DNA of 64,000 nucleotides from Squalus acanthias (taxonomy: Eukaryota): NCBI GenBank assembly GCA_030390025.1, contig CM059438.1, forward strand, positions 55,306,001 through 55,370,000, given 5' to 3'. Positions 59,001-64,000 of this stretch are shown here, in pieces. The notes below the pieces were generated by a model that saw only the letters and a program-made list of their open reading frames with translations, was not told the origin of the DNA and did no database searches. A program made the position numbers and the translations under genes. How positions within the stretch are numbered: position 1 is the stretch's first letter; every line of letters starts with the position of its first letter.

Positions 59001-61174
59001 AGCCCGGTGTTGGATAAAGTACTGTCTCAATCTGCTGCAAGACGCGCGCAAGCTGCTCGAGGTATCTGCAATGGGTTTGTTTGGTATCTGTATCTTTGTG
59101 CTAGGCCCCTACAGAGAAATACGTGGGATCCCGCAAGTGACTGTGCCTTGAACTTCGATAAGATGGACAGGGGGGTGGAGAGGGGAAATTCCCTGATTCT
59201 GCACCAAAATGTGGCGGCAGAGAATGTGGGAAAATTCGGACAGTGAGGCCAACCGCTGTCCGGCTCCCAGCCGGGATCCTCCTCCCCCCTTTCCCTGTCA
59301 TAACTGCCACTGGCCAATCCATTCCCACCCTCCAGATCTCCCGCCCATCCCACAGACAGCTTCCCGGGGCCGCTATGTGGAAGGTGGCAGGAGGCACTGT
59401 GGTGAATTCCTCTCCCCATCTGGGGCCCAGCACTTCACTGCTGAAGGTCACTGCCTGGGCTTGCAATGGGAGCCTTGCAGCCCCTTCTGGAGGTCTGCTG
59501 GGGTCCCCACGACACTGCTGCCGGTCTTTAGTGTCCCCGCACTGGCAGGATCATTCGCGGCGGCAGGATTCCTCCCCAGAACTCGCCGTGTGTGAGGAGT
59601 GAACCCCAGCCCAGGGCCAGGGCTGGTGAGGACCCAGAGGTGCGGGCAGAAGTCCCGCCACCCCTGCCGGGAATTGCCGATCCATCTCCTGATGTCTCTG
59701 GGCTGCCGCACACTGGCTCCAGTAGATGGGGCTGTGGTCCTTACTCGGGTGTTTTGTACCAGGCCAGCTCCTCTCTTCAAAGGTGCTCTGTCTTCCTAGC
59801 AAGCGGTGCCACAGGCCCCAGTCACAATCGGGTACAGCCCCCTCGCCCAAGTGACCATTATCACACTGGCAGATCCTCAACTAAGACCAGCTAACCAAGC
59901 ACACATCCGGGGTTAAACCCCCGACCGTCCCTGCTCAGTCTCACCCCTCACTGGCCCTTTTTGAAGCCTGGGTGTGAGTCCAAGTTCACTGTGTCTGCTG
60001 GCTGTGTGACCAACATCGAGCCGAGACCCTCACCACCTTCAAATAACCTGCGCACAAACACGTACCATTTCGGAGGGATCATCCCATAGCCATCAGGAGT
60101 GGAGCAGGGATGAGGGATGTTCCTGGTGTGTGGAGTTTAGTAGACCACCCACTGGTGTATTTGCCCACTGATTTTATCATCCACCTCTGACTGTGTTAGA
60201 TGGTAAAGGTGAAAGTGTAAATGTCATACACAATGTCACGGTAACTCCAAGGGGGCACCTTGTTTCTTTGCTGTAGCTGTCGTCTTTTCTTGCAGGATGA
60301 TATTGGTGAACTGGATTGGGATCGGCAGGAAGAGCTGAAAATCCAACTGAAAAAAGAAGAGGAGGAGAAGGAGCAGGGGAGGAAAAGTGCGGTGCTGTTT
60401 GGATCTAGCGACACGTTCGATCTGATCCAGTCTGTCGAGGAGAAGGTGAGCTGCACTTACCCTGTGGACTTTGAGGAAGCCCGTAAGGTGTTCTTGGTCG
60501 GACAGAACCATGTGCAAGAGGCCAAGGAATTCTTCCAGCTTGACGACCACGTGACGGACCACATTGAGGTGGTTCAGGATCACAGCGCGTTATTCAAGGC
60601 CCTGGCATTCTTCGAAGAGGACCAAGAGAGACGTTGCAAGATGCACAAACGGCGCATCGACATGCTGGACACGGTCTACACGGAGCTAAACCCGCAGTAT
60701 TACCTCCTGGTCTGCAGGCAGCTTCAGTTTGAGATCGGAGATACATATTATGAAATGATGGAGCTAAAGGTCTCCATTGCCAACCGGCTGGACGAGCTGG
60801 ATAGCCACAACATCAAGAAGATCAACCACCTGGCCCAGTCAGCCATTGCCTACTACAACCTCTTCCTGGATTCCCTGAAGAACTCCGACAAGAAGTTTCC
60901 GGAGAAGCTGGAGGCTGATGTGGTGCGGCCGGCCCTGGTGGGCAAGTTTCGCATTGGCTGGTTGTACAGCAAGATGATCACTTCTGATCTGAAGACGCAG
61001 CTGGAGAACATGCAGCAGTCGGTGGACTGTTACCGCTTTGTGGTGAATTACTGTGAGAGCCAGCCTGAGGCCGCCAAGGCCATGGAACCCGAGCTGGAGC
61101 TCTGTGCTGAGATGGCCACCCTCCTGCCAGCCAGAATGGAGAAACTGAGGGCTAAATTACTGGCGTTCAACTAG
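37414..61174 (+). CDS. KIFBP: KIF-binding protein (KBP/KIAA1279), complete 7-exon CDS, 611 aa (gene-level span)
   Basis: Exons of 387+99+80+184+94+113+879 nt join in frame to 1836 nt. Recognisable motifs: [92 protein letters not shown]. Confidence 0.95.
38185..38345 (+). mobile_element. Short CR1 fragment
   Basis: [14 protein letters not shown]...RTRGH. Confidence 0.7.
38450..38860 (-). mobile_element. L2 fragment in KIFBP intron 1
   Basis: [27 protein letters not shown]; same family as 36460-36830. Confidence 0.82.
38963..39061 (+). CDS. KIFBP: KIFBP exon 2 (NQLGILWAG...YNQYTKE)
   Basis: tttcag acceptor, gtaaag donor, 99 nt; translated by hand. Confidence 0.92.
39097..40358 (-). mobile_element. 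Chimeric CR1 (3' part subfamily A, 5' part subfamily B, junction/deletion at ~39978)
   Basis: 3' tail (aacataag)2 at 39096; [24 protein letters not shown]...NYRPVSLTS. Confidence 0.9.
40358..43966 (+). mobile_element. Distinct non-LTR retrotransposon (APE + RT, no ORF1 seen), frameshifted
   Basis: [63 protein letters not shown] (by hand), WNSLP; A-rich 3' end at ~43960. Confidence 0.85.
42235..42879 (-). mobile_element. Young 5'-truncated CR1 nested in the LINE above
   Basis: Uninterrupted 190-aa ORF2 C-terminus (42307-42879) plus 3' UTR; host LINE resumes at ~42880. Confidence 0.92.
43966..46215 (-). mobile_element. CR1 LINE split by an RTE insertion
   Basis: [28 protein letters not shown]; 3' UTR at 43970-44178. 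Confidence 0.88.
44179..45327 (-). mobile_element. RTE-clade LINE, 5'-truncated, with a 17-bp target-site duplication
   Basis: [65 protein letters not shown] at 44162-44178 and 45328-45344. Confidence 0.93.
46739..50696 (+). mobile_element. Chimeric CR1 (5' subfamily A, 3' subfamily B from ~49500) carrying two nested insertions
   Basis: Pieces 46739-47382 and 49291-50696 are collinear; [28 protein letters not shown]; tail cctaattcttatgtt. Confidence 0.9.
47383..49290 (+). mobile_element. Nested CR1 (RT + 3' UTR), GAAAT target-site duplication
   Basis: 319-aa open stretch 48252-49211; tail ctatgattctat; GAAAT at 47378-47382 and 49291-49295. Confidence 0.9.
50697..50862 (-). mobile_element. 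tRNA-like Pol III head (A box TAGCATAGTGG, B box GTTCAAATC) belonging to the element at 40358
   Basis: rc of ccactatgcta (50845-50855) and of gatttgaac (50783-50791); aligns to 8200-8340. Confidence 0.8.
51034..51113 (+). CDS. KIFBP: KIFBP exon 3 ([26 protein letters not shown])
   Basis: gtttag acceptor, gtaggg donor, 80 nt; translated by hand. Confidence 0.9.
51297..52105 (+). mobile_element. Old CR1 RT fragment
   Basis: [38 protein letters not shown]. Confidence 0.85.
52262..52870 (+). repeat. 26-bp minisatellite (gtgtgtaactgaccatt[c/g]accgcccc), ~23 copies
   Basis: Period of 26 (52273 to 52299); ends ~50 nt before the KIFBP exon 4 acceptor. Confidence 0.97.
52923..53106 (+). CDS. KIFBP: KIFBP exon 4 ([16 protein letters not shown]...SQYYITK)
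   Basis: ggcag acceptor, gtaagc donor, 184 nt. Confidence 0.93.
53985..54200 (+). mobile_element. Old dispersed SINE-like repeat (related remnants near 27350-27610, 46230-46400, 59780-59960)
   Basis: ggtctgtgctggattagctgatctcag resembles the rc of agatcagctaactccgcaga (27510) and agaccagctaaccaagcaca (59884). Confidence 0.4.
54308..54440 (+). repeat. Short purine-rich ~19-bp repeat (ggagagcggggagagaggc)
   Basis: 3-4 visible copies, degenerating to the right. Confidence 0.8.
54510..54603 (+). CDS. KIFBP: KIFBP exon 5 ([21 protein letters not shown]...)
   Basis: Tandem GAG-CAG-CAG acceptor (start could shift by 3 nt either way), gtaagt donor. Confidence 0.85.
55080..56796 (+). repeat. 45/37-bp GC-rich minisatellite (cccaacccgtgcccagggccgagactgg[ctcactgg]gccctgaac)
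   Basis: 15-aa periodicity in the ORF track; 8-bp deletion variants. Confidence 0.97.
57102..58732 (+). repeat. 26-bp minisatellite (gcaggacg[cct/act/aca]gtcccctgtcccaga), ~60 copies
   Basis: Directly visible; source of the 604 and 636 aa spurious ORFs. Confidence 0.97.
58949..59061 (+). CDS. KIFBP: KIFBP exon 6 ([37 protein letters not shown])
   Basis: acacag acceptor, gtatct donor, 113 nt; translated by hand. Confidence 0.92.
60296..61174 (+). CDS. KIFBP: KIFBP exon 7 (last coding exon)
   Basis: cttttcttgcag acceptor; open to TAG at 61172-61174. Confidence 0.95.
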   Translation, partial: DDIGELDWDRQEELKIQLKKEEEEKEQGRKSAVLFGSSDTFDLIQSVEEKVSCTYPVDFEEARKVFLVGQNHVQEAKEFFQLDDHVTDHIEVVQDHSALFKALAFFEEDQERRCKMHKRRIDMLDTVYTELNPQYYLLVCRQLQFEIGDTYYEMMELKVSIANRLDELDSHNIKKINHLAQSAIAYYNLFLDSLKNSDKKFPEKLEADVVRPALVGKFRIGWLYSKMITSDLKTQLENMQQSVDCYRFVVNYCESQPEAAKAMEPELELCAEMATLLPARMEKLRAKLLAFN

Positions 61175-61244
61175 TGCCGACAACTGTTAGCTGCTCCAGA
61201 GACCTGCTTCATTACCCCACCCCAGTGGCTGTACTTCCCTGTGT

Positions 61245-61250
61245 AATAAA
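61245..61250 (+). terminator. KIFBP polyadenylation signal AATAAA
   Basis: Canonical hexamer 70 nt after the stop, with a GT/T-rich tract (tttgtgttttctct) ~30 nt downstream. Confidence 0.7.
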
Positions 61251-61306
61251 CATACCTGACGCGCTCAGCTCAGCTGCCTTTGTGTTTTCTCTCTCCAGAT
61301 GTAAAT

Positions 61307-61840
61307 AGAAAGAAAGACTTGCATTTATATAGCGCCTTTTGCAACCTCAGGATGACCCAAAGCGCTGTAATGTAGGAAACACAGCAAGTAATTTACGCAC
61401 AGCAAGCTCCCACAAACAGCAATGAGATAATGATAAGAAAGAAAGACTTGCATTTCTATAGCGCCTTTCACGACCACCAGACGTCTCAAAGCGCTTCACA
61501 GTCAATGAAGTACTTTTGAAGTGCGGTCACTGTTGTAATGTGGGAAACGCGACAGCCAATTTGCGCACAGCAAGCTCCCACAAACAGCAATGTGATCATG
61601 ATCAGATAATCTGTTTTTAGTGATGTTGGTTGAGGGATAAATATTAGCCAGGACACCGGGGAGAACTCCCCTCTTCTTTGAATAATGCAGTGGGATCTTT
61701 TACGTCCACATCCGTTTAATGTCACATCCAAAAGACGACACCTCAGACAATACTGCCCTGGAGTGTCAGCCTAGGTTATGTGCTCAAGTCTACGGAGTGG
61801 GATTTGAACCCACAACCTGCTGACTCACTGCGCCAAGGCT
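61307..61840 (-). mobile_element. Deu-domain tRNA-SINE (SacSINE1-like) with an L2-type 3' tail, plus a truncated second copy at 61307-61437
   Basis: Minus strand: B box GGTTCAAATCCC, core ttctccccggtgtcctggctaatatttatccctcaacc...cattgctgtttgtgggagcttgctgtgcg, tail aggcgctatagaaatgcaagt shared with the L2 at ~10050; family name from memory. Confidence 0.75.
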
Positions 61841-63044
61841 GAATTTCTAGAAAACCCACAAACACATTGTTTGTGTCCAGCTTCCCCCCACCCCCCACCC
61901 ACGCAGTGTGGATGACATATTGACAGGGGCCAGACATCACAGTAACGCTGCACTCGCACCTGCTCCCATTCATCTTTAAAGATTCACTTATTCTTGCCGC
62001 CCAAGCTCAGAACTAAACTCATTTTAAAAGTATTTCTCAGAAGTAGGAAAAGACATCAGTCCCAAGGCCATCTCTCCTGTTCATAGATCAAGCCCATTTA
62101 CCCACCCACCTTTGCCCCATATCTCAATCTCTTCCCAAATCTTTTCCAAAGGAAACCAGCCTCCTTCCCTTCCTCATCATAACTTCAAATGTTTGACTCA
62201 TGGACTAATATCCTTCCCCTCATTCAGTGACTGGGTCCTCACAGTACTCTAGACAGAGTCTGACCAGCCCCTACACACTAATAATACATCCCCTTTAGTT
62301 TAATCAGCAACAGACCTCTGATAATACAATTCACACCCGTATTTACATGTTTACTGTGGCTTTACATTATGCTGATGGTTTTATAGACTAATTCACTATA
62401 ACCTGGCGATCTCTCCCTGTGTTATGTAATAATGGCTTTATCCCAGGTGTCCCGAGTGTCCCAGGAGACTGAATCTGTCCCAGGTAGAGATTCTGTGACG
62501 CACTAACCGGAACTCTCCTGCCCTGTTCTGCCGAGTTGCTCGCAGTGCTGACATTCATCTTTATTTCCTGGAGACTCCATCACAGTCTCGGAGGGTTGGA
62601 ACCCTGAGTCTTGGTGCGTTTTACTGGGCTCTAGAGCGGGAGTGTCCTGGGACCTGCTCCTCCCCTGTAACTTCACCGCACGTGTGGCGGTGACCCCATT
62701 TACACGCGTGAACCCTTTACACGGTTGAGCAGCTTACACAGGTGAACAGGGTTTCCACTGCCCTTGTACCAAAGTTCGATTGGCCAAGGCAATTCCTGAC
62801 CAGAGTCCAGGCCTACAGATGGAGTGGAGAAAATATGTGGGGCTTGTGTCTTTTATCAGCTTTAGTGGAAGCACTGGAGGGAGGAGAGGGTGAATCAGCC
62901 TCACCAGAGGAGTCACCAACCTCGCCCTCCCTTTATAGGCACTGAGTCACAATCCCCTCACTGCTCATTGGCCACCTCCGCACTTCCTCATTGACAACTT
63001 GCTGCTCACCCCTTCTCTCGTGGACCTCAGAAAACCTTGGAGTC

Positions 63045-64000
63045 CTGTTTCTCTCTCTCTGCCCTCTGTGTCCGTTCTCTCTCTCTCTCTCTCTGCCCTC
63101 TGTGTCCGTTCTCTCTCTCTCTCTCTGCCCTCTGTGTCCGTTCTCTCTCTCTCTCTCTGCCCTCTGTGTCCGTTCTCTCTCTCTCTCTCTGCCCTCTGTG
63201 TCCGTTCTCTCTCTCTCTGCCCTCTGTGTCCGTTCTCTCTCTCTCTGCCCTCTGTGTCCGTTCTCTCTCTCTCTCTCTGCCCTCTGTGTCCGTTCTCTCT
63301 CTCTCTCTCTCTGTCCGTTCTCTCTCTCTCTCTGCCCTCTGTGTCCGTTCTCTCTCTCTCTCTCTCTGTCCGTTCTCTCTCTCTCTCTGCCCTCTGTGTC
63401 CGTTCTCTCTCTCTCTCTCTCTCTGTCCGTTCTCTCTCTCTCTGCCCTCTGTGTCCGTTCTCTCTCTCTCTCTGCCTCTCTGTCCGTTCTCTCTCTCTCT
63501 CTCTCTGTCCGTTCTCTCTCTCTCTCTGCCCTCTGTGTCCGTTCTCTCTCTCTCTCTCTCTCTGTCCGTTCTCTCTCTCTCTCTCTGCCCTCTGTGTCCG
63601 TTCTCTCTCTCTCTCTGCCCTCTCTGTCCGTTCTCTCTCTCTCTCTGCCCTCTCTGTCCGTTCTCTCTCTCTCTCTGCCCTCTGTGTCCGTTCTCTCTCT
63701 CTCTCTCTGCCCTCTGTGTCCGTTCTCTCTCTCTCTCTCTGCCCTCTGTGTCCGTTCTCTCTCTCTCTGCCCTCTGTGTCCGTTCTCTCTCTCTCTCTGC
63801 CCTCTGTGTCCGTTCTCTCTCTCTCTCTCTGCCCTCTGTGTCCGTTCTCTCTCTCTCTGCCCTCTGTGTCCGTTCTCTCTCTCTCTCTCTGCCCTCTGTG
63901 TCCGTTCTCTCTCTCTCTCTCTGCCCTCTGTGTCCGTTCTCTCTCTCTCTGCCCTCTGTGTCCGTTCTCTCTCTCACTGCCCTCTGTGTCCATTCCCATC
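63045..64000 (+). repeat. Compound minisatellite: GCCCTCTGTGTCCGTT core + variable (CT)n, runs to the window end
   Basis: Directly visible. Confidence 0.96.

Noticed and set aside
62965..63999. ER-rich 316 and 344 aa ORFs
   Set aside because: Translation of the (GA)n compound repeat.

Overview
Vertebrate nuclear genomic DNA, most likely a cartilaginous fish (shark-like CR1/L2/Penelope/RTE/Deu-SINE repeat landscape; inference). Two spliced genes lie in tandem on the + strand. The first is 12 coding exons (7060-26920) of a DDX21/DDX50-family DEAD-box (DEVD) nucleolar RNA helicase, whose 5' exons I cannot find in the window. The second is a complete 7-exon KIFBP gene (37414-61174, 611 aa). This order matches the DDX21-KIFBP synteny known from other vertebrates. 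Introns and the intergenic region are filled with decayed, often nested retroelements and about ten unrelated minisatellite arrays, which produce all the very long low-complexity ORFs. Best observations: (1) sequence-level evidence for a ~9.5 kb inversion inside KIFBP intron 2, made by crossover between two inverted CR1 copies; (2) undoing that inversion reconstitutes an ORF1-less APE+RT LINE with a tRNA-like A/B-box head, with an internally deleted SINE-like partner at 8015-8340; (3) a tandem array of CTCF-like motifs in the KIFBP promoter; (4) minisatellites caught being born from LINE sequence; (5) a Penelope element with a degenerate hammerhead-like motif. No prokaryotic-type systems (CRISPR, operons) are present.
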